59,816 nt of DNA from an uncultured virus (IMG/VR IMGVR_UViG_3300042922_000886) (IMGVR_UViG_3300042922_000886:62001-121816), one strand, 5' to 3'; counted from the first letter of the stretch, positions 20,712-29,601 are shown. A program made the numbers and translations. Notes: a model not told the origin generated them from the letters alone.

Positions 20712-20951
20712 ATGTCAAGAGGTGTAGTGAGGATGGTTGAGAAGAATAGAATTGATATGACACTTCTGGAATTGTTAGATGAATATAAGAGGAGAAAAGC
20801 GAATTTAAATAATTATAGAGATACTGTTTTCATGAAGGATGTAGATGAAAAAGACGAGGTAACTAAGAAAAGACATATTAAAGAATATGATGAGATTAGA
20901 CAAGAGACTTTAGAAGTGGCGTGTTTTATTGCAGAGAAACTGCTAAAGTAA
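20712..20951 (+). CDS. Hypothetical protein
   Basis: ORF track. Confidence 0.6.
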   Translation: MSRGVVRMVEKNRIDMTLLELLDEYKRRKANLNNYRDTVFMKDVDEKDEVTKKRHIKEYDEIRQETLEVACFIAEKLLK

Positions 20952-20996
20952 ACAACACAATAAAAACATGCTTTTATAGGTTAAAAAGTTAGGAAG

Positions 20997-21440
20997 GTGT
21001 GGCGAAAAGTGAAAACCAAAGATTACATTAAGATGTTACAAGTAGGAAAAAATCCAGTTGTTCGCTTTACTAAAATGATTGATACATTTGAGTGCGAAGT
21101 GGACGAAGGAATGCTGGCTAGAGCGGTATCTGTTAGGGACGAGGGAGACGGAACAGCGAAAGTTGTATTCGAAGTAAAAGAGTTTGAAGAAATTAATATC
21201 CCTTTTATGAAACCTAACTATTATGATAAAGATGGAAATCCGACCTTGAGATGGATCGACACAAACTTTTATCCTAAAGACGGCATTGAAAAATTTTACA
21301 TTGAGACTGATGGTGAAACACCCTTTGAAGTTATTGAAGACAACGTTGCATTGAATGATTATAGGAACAGCGGATCTAATCTTAGCTATATTCAGTGGCT
21401 AGAGGAGCAGTATTTGAAATTATCAAAGAAGCATATCTAA
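20997..21440 (+). CDS. Hypothetical phage protein
   Basis: ORF track. Confidence 0.7.
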   Translation: MWRKVKTKDYIKMLQVGKNPVVRFTKMIDTFECEVDEGMLARAVSVRDEGDGTAKVVFEVKEFEEINIPFMKPNYYDKDGNPTLRWIDTNFYPKDGIEKFYIETDGETPFEVIEDNVALNDYRNSGSNLSYIQWLEEQYLKLSKKHI

Positions 21441-21465
21441 ACCTTTTACCAAGGATGAGAGCGGT

Positions 21466-21729
21466 ATGACTATAGATAAATGTACAATTGAAGGCTGCAC
21501 TGATCCTGTTAAAGCCAAAGGCTTGTGTAGCATGCACCATCAAAGGTTAAGACGTACCGGAAGTGTAGAAGCAAAAAAACCAAAAGAAACACAAAGGATC
21601 GCTAGTAAAACTTCAAGGTCGTTCCAGTTTAAAAAATGTAATGCTTATGGATGCGATGAAAACGCCTCAAGCATGGGACTCTGTAAGAAGCACTTGGAAG
21701 AATGGGATTGTAGGATTAAAATACGATAG
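21466..21729 (+). CDS. Tandem zinc-finger protein (C-x4-C...GLC..H)
   Basis: CTIEGC...AKGLCSMH and CNAYGC...MGLCKKH. Confidence 0.7.
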   Translation: MTIDKCTIEGCTDPVKAKGLCSMHHQRLRRTGSVEAKKPKETQRIASKTSRSFQFKKCNAYGCDENASSMGLCKKHLEEWDCRIKIR

Positions 21730-21814
21730 CTGATTTGTAAATGATTGTTGATCATTTTATGAGTGTTTCTGAAGTGTGACAATGAAAAGGTAATTTCATG
21801 GGGTCTAATTAACG

Positions 21815-22342
21815 ATGACGCTATACTGGACACTGCAAAAAGAGGAAATATGGGACCAAAGCAAGCAACAAGGATACTTAGAAGGGAAACAGCAATATGC
21901 TATGTATCCAACGGAATATCTCTGGATGATGGAACAAATGAAAAATAGAATTCCTAATTATAGTGGAGAGTATCCAATTTGGCTATGGATCAAGAAACCC
22001 GATATGCGGTCAACTAGTCACTTTGGAAGTTATACTAAATGCGTAAGAATAACCGTCGAGCTAGAACCAGCAGATGTCCTTGTTTCAGATTTTCTTGATT
22101 GGCACTGTGTTCTAAATGACGGATTCAACGCACACAATGAACAAGAATATGATGATTTTTATGAAGGAAAACTTGTTATTACAAAAGAGCAAAGTTGGGA
22201 ACGAATGTTTGATTATAATCGTCCAAGAGATCCTGTTTGGGGTGGTTCAGGGGATTGGCTTCAGGGAGTAACCGGAAGAATTTACTTGGGTCAGATTAGA
22301 AAAGTTGAACATTTTATAAGCCGAAAGCAAGCCGTTTTATAG
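21815..22342 (+). CDS. DUF3841-like protein
   Basis: YWTLQ...Y.WMMEQM...YPIWLW...VLVSDFLDWHCVLN...SWERMFD. Confidence 0.75.
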   Translation: MTLYWTLQKEEIWDQSKQQGYLEGKQQYAMYPTEYLWMMEQMKNRIPNYSGEYPIWLWIKKPDMRSTSHFGSYTKCVRITVELEPADVLVSDFLDWHCVLNDGFNAHNEQEYDDFYEGKLVITKEQSWERMFDYNRPRDPVWGGSGDWLQGVTGRIYLGQIRKVEHFISRKQAVL

Positions 22343-22366
22343 ATCAAAATAAGCGAGGGTGTTACA

Positions 22367-22819
22367 ATGCCAGTCAATATTATACAAGGTGATTTACTCA
22401 GTGCTTCAGAGAACATTATTGGGCATCAGGTTAATTGTCAGGCCGTAATGGGATCAGGTGTAGCTAGAGCTTTGAGGGACAAGTATTCCGGTTTATACTC
22501 AGCATACACTGAGTTTTGTACGGGAAACTCACCAAAAGAATTATTAGGACAGTTGCAAATTGTACCAGTCGCAAAAGACAAGTATGTGGCTAATCTATTA
22601 GGTCAGTTGAATTTTGGACGATCTAACATTACATACACTAATTATAACGCACTAAAGGCTGCGTTACTTACCTTAAAAGAATTTGCCAAAGAAAATGGAT
22701 ATACTGTTGCTCTTCCCTATAATATTGGTTGTGGATTGGCCAACGGTAAGTGGTCCATTGTCGAACCGATGATTCAAGAAGTGTTTGCAGACTATGAAGT
22801 TACTCTTTATAAAATCTGA
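22367..22819 (+). CDS. Macro domain (ADP-ribose binding/hydrolase) protein
   Basis: GDLL; HQVNCQAVMGSGVA; LPYNIGCGLANGKW. Confidence 0.9.
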   Translation: MPVNIIQGDLLSASENIIGHQVNCQAVMGSGVARALRDKYSGLYSAYTEFCTGNSPKELLGQLQIVPVAKDKYVANLLGQLNFGRSNITYTNYNALKAALLTLKEFAKENGYTVALPYNIGCGLANGKWSIVEPMIQEVFADYEVTLYKI

Positions 22820-22856
22820 ATAAAACAACAATTTCATGAGGAGATGAGGCAAGTCT

Positions 22857-23141
22857 TTGGAGATTAATAAAAAGTACAAATATTGGGAGTTTTACTATGA
22901 TGAATCTAATGGCAAGTCTGTGTGCCCTACAAAAGTGAGTCGTCAATGTGTTGCTTCTATTTGGGATGAGGAATGGAGAGGTGTGGAGTTGCTAAAATAT
23001 AGTGATGAAGAATTGAGAACCAATCTACTTCAGGACATAGAAGATAAGAGGAAATATGAAGGTGTGAGAATTAATAAAGGATTGATTCGTCATGCAATTG
23101 CTGAATTGAGGAAAATAAAAGAAGAACTTGGAGTCAGATAA
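22857..23141 (+). CDS. Hypothetical protein
   Basis: ORF track. Confidence 0.6.
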   Translation: MEINKKYKYWEFYYDESNGKSVCPTKVSRQCVASIWDEEWRGVELLKYSDEELRTNLLQDIEDKRKYEGVRINKGLIRHAIAELRKIKEELGVR

Positions 23142-23161
23142 AACAAATAATTCATGGGGAG

Positions 23162-23371
23162 TTGGCGTACATGCAAGAGTTTAAATTTAAAGGGAAAGTT
23201 GTTACCGATCCTATTGACGAAAATAATGTAGCATGGTTAATAGAAGATTCTTTTGGAGTACGACACAATGCAGCAGACCTTCTAACTGGAATTGATCTCC
23301 TGAGTAATAGTTTCCGCACTGAAGATGGAGATGAAGTAGAGATTATAGTTCATAAGAAGGTCATAAAATAA
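23162..23371 (+). CDS. Hypothetical protein
   Basis: ORF track; bounded by palindromes. Confidence 0.65.
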   Translation: MAYMQEFKFKGKVVTDPIDENNVAWLIEDSFGVRHNAADLLTGIDLLSNSFRTEDGDEVEIIVHKKVIK

Positions 23372-23378
23372 TACTTTC

Positions 23379-23567
23379 ATGGGGGATGGGAGAGACATGC
23401 AAAAAGAAATCATCGGATGGTTGGGTGGCTATTATGATCGGTTGTCTATTCATGACAATAAAAAAGATGCAGAACGAGGGCAGTACGGCGGAGAAACGTT
23501 AGATGAACTAACAAGAGAATTTCAAGACAAAAAAGTAAGGATAGTCATCGAAGTAATTGAAGAGTAA
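23379..23567 (+). CDS. Hypothetical protein
   Basis: ORF track; bounded by palindromes. Confidence 0.6.
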   Translation: MGDGRDMQKEIIGWLGGYYDRLSIHDNKKDAERGQYGGETLDELTREFQDKKVRIVIEVIEE

Positions 23568-23637
23568 ATAAAACAATTCTTTCATTTGGAGATGATCTAA
23601 TATAAAAAAGGAAGAAGCGATATTTACAGTCCAAAGA

Positions 23638-23859
23638 ATGTTTCGTGAGATACAGTTTGAATCCGATCATAAAGGTGGTTTCAGTGAGATGGATCAAACA
23701 CAAACTGAATTTACGCTGTCTGATGAGTTTTTAAATGAAGTTAGTTTAAAAGGGCTAAAAATGTTGATGAGTTTAGTTGAAAGTAATTCGAGTTCTGGCG
23801 TTAGTCGAAGAAAGGCACTATCGCAAGAGGAAATTGAAAAAAGATTGTCTAACGGATAA
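23638..23859 (+). CDS. Hypothetical protein
   Basis: ORF track. Confidence 0.5.
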   Translation: MFREIQFESDHKGGFSEMDQTQTEFTLSDEFLNEVSLKGLKMLMSLVESNSSSGVSRRKALSQEEIEKRLSNG

Positions 23860-23920
23860 GGTCATAAAACAGCGATTTCATTAATGAATACTCTCTGTAA
23901 AATAATTCTCTAGCAATATG

Positions 23921-23939
23921 CGAACGTATGTTCTATAAT
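23921..23939 (+). promoter_or_regulatory. LexA (SOS/Cheo) box overlapping a TATAAT -10 element
   Basis: CGAAC-GTAT-GTTCT at 23921-23934; TATAAT at 23934-23939. Confidence 0.7.
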
Positions 23940-24048
23940 GGCGATATAGCCATTATGCTGATTAAGTGGAACTCAGTGATGTCAGTTTCGTACTATTAGA
24001 ATCAATTAGGACAATAATATATCGTTTTAATGGAAAGGTGAGAATCAT

Positions 24049-24186
24049 ATGGCGGATGAAAAACTAAAAAGTCTTTATGAGGAACTTCTTAAGTTAAGCG
24101 ATGATGAGAGACTTGAACTATTCAATAAATTCTGCAAAAAATGCGGAGATATTGACCCACGTTGTAAATGCTGGAACGATGACTGA
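24049..24186 (+). CDS. Small Cys-rich protein (45 aa, MADEKLKSLYEELL...FCKKCGDIDPRCKCWNDD)
   Basis: Read by hand; AAAGGTGA RBS. Confidence 0.65.
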   Translation: MADEKLKSLYEELLKLSDDERLELFNKFCKKCGDIDPRCKCWNDD

Positions 24187-24407
24187 TGAACGAATGAAAT
24201 TGGCATTGGCATTTCAATTGATCATTGGGGAGAGTTCCAAGTTTTGAAGAGTATGATGAATATATAAATCGGCACCTGTAAAACGGGACTATTTTCCTAT
24301 TATAAATAAACAAGAAGTAATTTGAAAAATAAAACTAATACATATATCCTCAATAATATGAAAATAAAAATTGAGGTGTTTATGTGTTTGTTTTATTTTT
24401 TAATATT

Positions 24408-24418
24408 TGTGATATAAT
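24408..24418 (+). promoter_or_regulatory. Extended -10 sigma-A promoter for the repressor operon
   Basis: TGTGATATAAT ~35 nt before the ATG at 24454. Confidence 0.6.
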
Positions 24419-24453
24419 ATATACCAAAGGGTAAAAAATGAGGAGTTGAGGTA

Positions 24454-25761
24454 ATGATTAGAGATCGTTCTGAACTTGAGCTACATCTGCAAGAGGCTAT
24501 CGAACGAATAAAATATAAAAGAAAAAATGTCGAAGAAGTAAATAAATCTTTGTTAGAATATGACGTTCCACCGGGATTTTTCAATGAAGTTTGTAAGAAA
24601 TACTCGATTCTTCAAGAAATCGATGCAGCATTGTTATGCTTAATAGCTAAAGCAGTATTTATGATTGATGGTAGTGATTCCATTAGAGTGGAAAATTACT
24701 TCACACAGGGCGAAATTGAGAGTGCTTCAAAATATAAACTAGAAAGAGATCAAGATATAAAACTGCCCATTATCCTTAATGAAGTTATTAAAATAGACAA
24801 TGACCGGTACTTTACAAAGATCAAGATGACGGATTTAGTACAATGGTATCACTCAAAGTTAATTGTATATGACGCAGAAACACAGAGAGGTTTAAAATTT
24901 ATTCGCTCCAGAGATGGGGTTGTGCCGGTTCCAATTGTCAATAAAGATAGCGTTGACAATATTGCAAATCATATGGAAGACGAGACATTCTTCACAGACA
25001 CTATCCGATTAAATGTATACTCTGAGGAGTTTGAACCAGTTATATACAATCCTAAGACACGCATGTTAACGATTAAAGAAGGAGTCACAATTTCTATTCT
25101 TGATGGTTTCCATCGGCTTCAAGGTGGTGTCAGAGCCGTCATGAAAAACCCCGAACTGCCACTTATAGAAGAACTGTCTATTTGTATCTATGACACAGAA
25201 ACAGCTAAGAAGTTTTTTGGACAAATTAACAAATACAACCCCATTGATCCTCAACGTCTTGAAGAATTAGATGAGGAAAAAGTATCATTTGCAGCAGTTA
25301 AACAGTTAAAAATACACTCAGTCTTAAAAGGCAGAATTGCATCTGGATCTAAGATTAGTGGATTAGTCGGACATCTTACAACGGAAAGTATACTTGCAAC
25401 GGCTATTGAGGAAGTTTTCGAACCCAGAAACACCCCACAAGCAAACTCTGTTGGAGTATATCTTGTAGAGTTTTTTAATTATTTATTTGAGACGTTTAAA
25501 GATCAAATTAACAACAAAGATTCGCTACTTGGACATCAGAGAATGTTTATTGGGTACATTGTGATAGCAAAACAATTTAAAGATTATGACATTCCTTTAG
25601 AAGAGATCAAAGTGGTTGTTAATTATTTTAACTCTGATTATAATGAAGAATTGAGACAATTACTCACCAACAATAGAGGAACACAAGCGAGATTACAGAA
25701 ACTTGTTAAAGAATACTTTGAAAAGACAGATGTGAAATCAATTTTGAAATCAGGAGAGTAA
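24454..25761 (+). CDS. DndB/ParB-like (DGQHR-type) protein resembling SPbeta YopQ
   Basis: ETQRG, SILDGFHRL and FFGQIN motifs; directly upstream of the MrpR-like gene. Confidence 0.75.
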   Translation: MIRDRSELELHLQEAIERIKYKRKNVEEVNKSLLEYDVPPGFFNEVCKKYSILQEIDAALLCLIAKAVFMIDGSDSIRVENYFTQGEIESASKYKLERDQDIKLPIILNEVIKIDNDRYFTKIKMTDLVQWYHSKLIVYDAETQRGLKFIRSRDGVVPVPIVNKDSVDNIANHMEDETFFTDTIRLNVYSEEFEPVIYNPKTRMLTIKEGVTISILDGFHRLQGGVRAVMKNPELPLIEELSICIYDTETAKKFFGQINKYNPIDPQRLEELDEEKVSFAAVKQLKIHSVLKGRIASGSKISGLVGHLTTESILATAIEEVFEPRNTPQANSVGVYLVEFFNYLFETFKDQINNKDSLLGHQRMFIGYIVIAKQFKDYDIPLEEIKVVVNYFNSDYNEELRQLLTNNRGTQARLQKLVKEYFEKTDVKSILKSGE

Positions 25762-25764
25762 AAC

Positions 25765-26763
25765 ATGTCCAATAAGATTTATCAAGGTGGTTTTTATAAC
25801 GAATATCAAAAATTTCGTTATCTAAAAACACTGCCTGAAAAATCGGTCGCACAAGCATCCCGAATTTTGAGTCGAGCAAGGCCAATAGAAGAACAATATG
25901 ACATTGATTTATACAATTTCAGTCTACATCAAGTTGAAAACCTATTTAATTATCTCGAACCTTCAACTTTAAATGCGAGTCGTTCAAATTTCTATATTGT
26001 GCAAAACTATATCAGGTGGGGCATTGAGCAAAACTTAAGAGATGACAACCTCAATCCTATTGAATTGTTTTCAGATGTTGCATACTTCAACAGATTCATC
26101 GATCAATCAAAAAAGGCACTTTACACAAAAGATGAGATTGATGACATTGTTGATACATGTAAGAATGCTCAAGATTCGTTAGTGATCCAATTGATTTTTG
26201 AAGGCGTATTTGGAGTATCTGGCTATACAGAACTTCTAAATTTAACAACAAATGATGTACTGGAAAACAACACATTGCGGCTCAAAGATGGAGATAGCGA
26301 AAGACTTATTCGAGTGTCTGATAAATGTATCAGATTAATTGAAAAAGCCATTAATGAAGAAGTTTATTATAAAAAGAATGGTAATGCCAGTGTAAACCTC
26401 AAATCAGCAGATCATGCCGAGTTAGTTAAAAATAATTATGTTTTAAGAAATGTTAACACGAGAAGTAAAGATGACGGGATCGCAGACGCTCACCTTGTAT
26501 TAAGAAGAATTAAAGCTATAAAAGAATATGCTGAATTAAAAGTTTTAACTCCTTATATTGTAAGGAATTCAGGAATGTTGTACTTAGCGAAAAAGATATA
26601 CGAAGAAGAAAACAAATTAGAAAAAGATCAAATAATATCAGTGTGTAGACAGTTTGGTATTCGAAAGATAAATAACAATGGTTATGAAGTTTATAATACT
26701 CATAGATACACTGAAGACTTTTTAAATGTTAGGACTATCGATGAGGTATATGCAGACAGTTAA
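25765..26763 (+). CDS. Catalytically degenerate tyrosine-recombinase-fold protein resembling SPbeta master repressor MrpR (YopR)
   Basis: YNE.QK..YL start; LIFEGVFGVSGYTELLNL lacks the catalytic Arg; TPYIVRNSG replaces HxxR; follows the YopQ-like gene. Confidence 0.75.
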   Translation: MSNKIYQGGFYNEYQKFRYLKTLPEKSVAQASRILSRARPIEEQYDIDLYNFSLHQVENLFNYLEPSTLNASRSNFYIVQNYIRWGIEQNLRDDNLNPIELFSDVAYFNRFIDQSKKALYTKDEIDDIVDTCKNAQDSLVIQLIFEGVFGVSGYTELLNLTTNDVLENNTLRLKDGDSERLIRVSDKCIRLIEKAINEEVYYKKNGNASVNLKSADHAELVKNNYVLRNVNTRSKDDGIADAHLVLRRIKAIKEYAELKVLTPYIVRNSGMLYLAKKIYEEENKLEKDQIISVCRQFGIRKINNNGYEVYNTHRYTEDFLNVRTIDEVYADS

Positions 26764-26782
26764 CTCTCTGTCTGCATTTTTT
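26751..26782 (+). terminator. Rho-independent terminator
   Basis: TGCAGACAG/CTGTCTGCA stem followed by T6. Confidence 0.85.
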
Positions 26783-26831
26783 GTTGTTTTCTGACTGTGA
26801 AACTACTTTAAACATTTATTTATAAAATGTG

Positions 26832-26861
26832 TTGACGGACTTAGGAAGAATGTGGTACATT
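26832..26861 (+). promoter_or_regulatory. Sigma-A promoter of the agr-like operon
   Basis: TTGACG-N18-TACATT with TGTG extension. Confidence 0.55.
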
Positions 26862-26924
26862 TATATCAAGAAAACAAACAGTAGATGTTTTAAAGATTTA
26901 TGTTATAAAACATAATGGGGAAGA

Positions 26925-27575
26925 GTGATATCGATGGATGCAGTTAGATTTTTCATGTTATCTATCTTAGAAGTTTCAACTTTGTTTGTTCTCATGTTCT
27001 CGATATTTAGATTCAAAGTTAGGTTCTATATAAAAGAAATAATTTTTATAAGCGTGTTGATTTCGTTGGCATCTTATTATCTTAGATTTTTTGAGAATCT
27101 ATATAGTTTAGTTCCGATAATACTCCTTGTTCTTATAATAATAAATTTATGGATTGTGTTTAAAATATCACCTTTCTACGCAGCTATTATGGGGATTGCT
27201 TCCTACGTCGGTTATAGTGTTGTACAGGCACTGATACTTTGGATCATGCAAGAGGCCAACTTTGTTACATTCAATCAGATAAAAGAAAACAATCTACAAA
27301 CTGGTCAGTTACTTCAGATAATATCGGTTGCCATTACTCTACTGATATCTGTTGTTTTAGTAAGGTTTAGACTATGGTTTACGTTTGTTCCTGTATCAAA
27401 TTCTGTACTCATAAAGATCAACTCGAAGAATCTTATTACACTAATTGCAATTACAATATCTATCATCATAGTAGGATCGATTTTTAATATAAATAATATC
27501 GCTCTTATACTCATTGGATTAGTATTTGTCGCTGGATTTATTTATTACCTTCTATATAAAAGGGAGACAACATGA
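26925..27575 (+). CDS. Polytopic membrane protein resembling the AgrC sensor domain, with no histidine kinase domain
   Basis: About 6-7 hydrophobic helices over 216 aa; no H-box/ATPase motifs; ATGA overlap with agrB. Confidence 0.7.
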   Translation: MISMDAVRFFMLSILEVSTLFVLMFSIFRFKVRFYIKEIIFISVLISLASYYLRFFENLYSLVPIILLVLIIINLWIVFKISPFYAAIMGIASYVGYSVVQALILWIMQEANFVTFNQIKENNLQTGQLLQIISVAITLLISVVLVRFRLWFTFVPVSNSVLIKINSKNLITLIAITISIIIVGSIFNINNIALILIGLVFVAGFIYYLLYKRETT

Positions 27576-28099
27576 TTGATAAATTAACTCATACAATTGG
27601 TATGAAAATCAAAAAGAATTATCCAGAAGCAAACATTGAAATCCTTAAATACTCATTGAACGTAATAATAAACCCACTAGCAACAATTATTCTCTCAATG
27701 GTAATATCACACTTTACTAATGATACTTATGATGTTGTAATCGCTATGGTTTCGTTCGCTGTACTTAGGGCATTCTCTGGCGGAATACATATTAAATCAT
27801 CGGAGCTATGCATAATTATCTCAACGACATTATTTATTGGAATCTCTTTTTTGCACGATTACCTCGTTGACTATACACTAATACTCACTATCGTATCATC
27901 ATTATTAACCTTGACTTTTGCACCATCTAGAATTTATGGTCAAACAAGAATTCCGGAGCAGTTCTATCCGATTCTAAAAGTTGTTTCATTGGGTATTATT
28001 TCAATTAATTATATATTTAACAGCAGTGTACTTGCTTTAACTTTTTTCATACAAAGTATGCTGCTGATTAACATCGGGAAAGGAGGTGAAAACAAATGA
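27572..28099 (+). CDS. agrB: Accessory gene regulator B (AIP-processing peptidase/cyclase)
   Basis: ILKYSL; LRAFSGGIH...ELC (catalytic His/Cys); FAP motif; multi-TM. Confidence 0.9.
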   Translation: MIDKLTHTIGMKIKKNYPEANIEILKYSLNVIINPLATIILSMVISHFTNDTYDVVIAMVSFAVLRAFSGGIHIKSSELCIIISTTLFIGISFLHDYLVDYTLILTIVSSLLTLTFAPSRIYGQTRIPEQFYPILKVVSLGIISINYIFNSSVLALTFFIQSMLLINIGKGGENK

Positions 28100-28221
28100 A
28101 AAAAATCATCGCAAAATATGCTACCTTGGCTTTGTCTGCAGTTGCTGTTGCTACCGTTAGTGGTACTGCAAGTTTGGTTTTCGTACACAATCCTAAAGTA
28201 CCTCAAGATCTCTTGAAGTAA
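28096..28221 (+). CDS. agrD: Cyclic lactone autoinducer peptide precursor (41 aa: MKKIIAKYATLALSAVAVATVSGTASLVFVHNPKVPQDLLK)
   Basis: Not in ORF track; AAAGGAGGTGA RBS; ATGA overlap with agrB; amphipathic leader, S-x4 core, HxPxxP tail. Confidence 0.9.
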   Translation: MKKIIAKYATLALSAVAVATVSGTASLVFVHNPKVPQDLLK

Positions 28222-28232
28222 TTTTAGGTTGA

Positions 28233-28280
28233 AATTGTTGGACTCGGAGAGTGATCGCTGTACTTTCCAGTCCAACAATT
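28233..28280 (+). promoter_or_regulatory. Long RNA hairpin between agrD and the LytTR gene
   Basis: AATTGTTGGACT...AGTCCAACAATT perfect 12-bp arms, extendable with one bulge and G-U pairs; no clean U-tail. Confidence 0.7.
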
Positions 28281-28311
28281 ATAGTTTCTAGAACTGGAGG
28301 ATATCTTTGCT

Positions 28312-28695
28312 ATGGAGTTTTTCGCAAAAAAGAAAGATGGGAAGAATATTTCAGAAAAAGTTGAAAAAATTCATAGCAAGGATATCTGCTATGTAACCAC
28401 CGAAGGAAGAAAAGCTCATACAATTGCAAAAATGAAAGATGGCTCTGTATATTATATTTCTATGCCAATATCAGAAATTGTTCAAGGATTGGAGGAATAT
28501 GAAAATTTCAAAACAACGGATCGCAGTGTAACAGTCAATATGGATAACGTTACATATTACGAAACGCTGTACGATAGGTTATTTTTTGAACATAACAATG
28601 AAATGAGGGAGTTTACGTTTATTACTGTAGCTAGATCATATGCTAAGGAAATCAAAGTCCTAATGAGGGAATTACGTGTAGAATTTAGGGAATAA
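28312..28695 (+). CDS. Stand-alone LytTR DNA-binding domain protein (no receiver domain)
   Basis: DICYV...FKTTDRSVTVNMDNV...ITVARSY LytTR signature; 127 aa; GGAGG RBS. Confidence 0.8.
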   Translation: MEFFAKKKDGKNISEKVEKIHSKDICYVTTEGRKAHTIAKMKDGSVYYISMPISEIVQGLEEYENFKTTDRSVTVNMDNVTYYETLYDRLFFEHNNEMREFTFITVARSYAKEIKVLMRELRVEFRE

Positions 28696-28833
28696 AGGTT
28701 TTTCAAATATAAAGTAAAACATTAGAATATATTAAACAATTTTATGTGACATATTGCGACAAAATTTTCAATATAATTACATTACATGAAAATGTCAACT
28801 ACATTTTGTCAAGACGAACTGTAATTGAAATGA

Positions 28834-29202
28834 GTGTATTTATATATTAATATTTACCTTAATAAAGTATGTAAGGGGGATACATCAAAGTTATATATTA
28901 AGTGCAATACCGTGATGAACAAATCCTGCACTCATCAAATAAAAACTCAGCAAGGGGATGATTTTTTGAATAGTAAAAATTATTCAATTGGATTTAAACG
29001 CATAGATTTGCGATGGGTTATTGTCTATGGTAATGCTGCATTGGTTGAAAAGTGGATATCAAAGAATGTAACTGGTGGCAGGTTATATGGTGAGGTACAT
29101 AAGTCGGAAGAAAAGATGAATAAACAGTTAGAGTATTATAAGAATGAATACGATGATGTATCCATACATAGAGTTGAAGATGCGATAAAGGAAATTGCGT
29201 AA
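28834..29202 (+). CDS. Hypothetical protein (true start likely ~28966)
   Basis: AAGGGGATG RBS before TTG-NSKNYSIG. Confidence 0.55.
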   Translation: MYLYINIYLNKVCKGDTSKLYIKCNTVMNKSCTHQIKTQQGDDFLNSKNYSIGFKRIDLRWVIVYGNAALVEKWISKNVTGGRLYGEVHKSEEKMNKQLEYYKNEYDDVSIHRVEDAIKEIA

Positions 29203-29222
29203 GAGCTGAGAAATCAGCTTTT
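29203..29222 (+). terminator. Rho-independent terminator
   Basis: AGCTGA-GAAA-TCAGCT followed by T-run. Confidence 0.6.
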
Positions 29223-29601
29223 ACATATCATATTAAATAAAAGAATAAAATAACTTGCAAAATATATATTAATGTGTTATTCTAATTGAGGGGATAATCC
29301 ACTAATCAATAGATCGGCTGTGACATTTGTGAAGAAATTGGACGTAACAACTATTTTGCAACAAATGGGGATCGATTGGGAAAAAGTGAAGAGGATTCTG
29401 AATAAGATCAGTTGATCGAAGGAGTCTTATCAATAAGACTCTTACATACTAAGATTATTCTGAAAAGTTTTTCTTGTCGAGGAAGACCTAGCGTTAAAAA
29501 ATAGCGCTGCAAAGCGATTATATAGATAAGATTATACTTAGGTGGTGATAAAATATCCCAATAAAAGATGAATTTCATCGGACGATTTGAGGTTAAACTA
29601 A

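Noticed and set aside
24454..25761. DndB-like gene as part of a DNA phosphorothioation (dnd) system
   Set aside because: No dndA/C/D/E-like genes nearby; its context next to an MrpR-like gene fits a phage regulatory role.
25765..26763. Active prophage integrase marking an att site
   Set aside because: The catalytic Arg and HxxR motifs appear substituted, and phage-like genes continue on both sides with no host boundary.
23600..29600. Arbitrium (aimR-aimP) or Rap-Phr system
   Set aside because: No ~380-aa TPR receptor is present; the only peptide gene has AgrD features and follows agrB.
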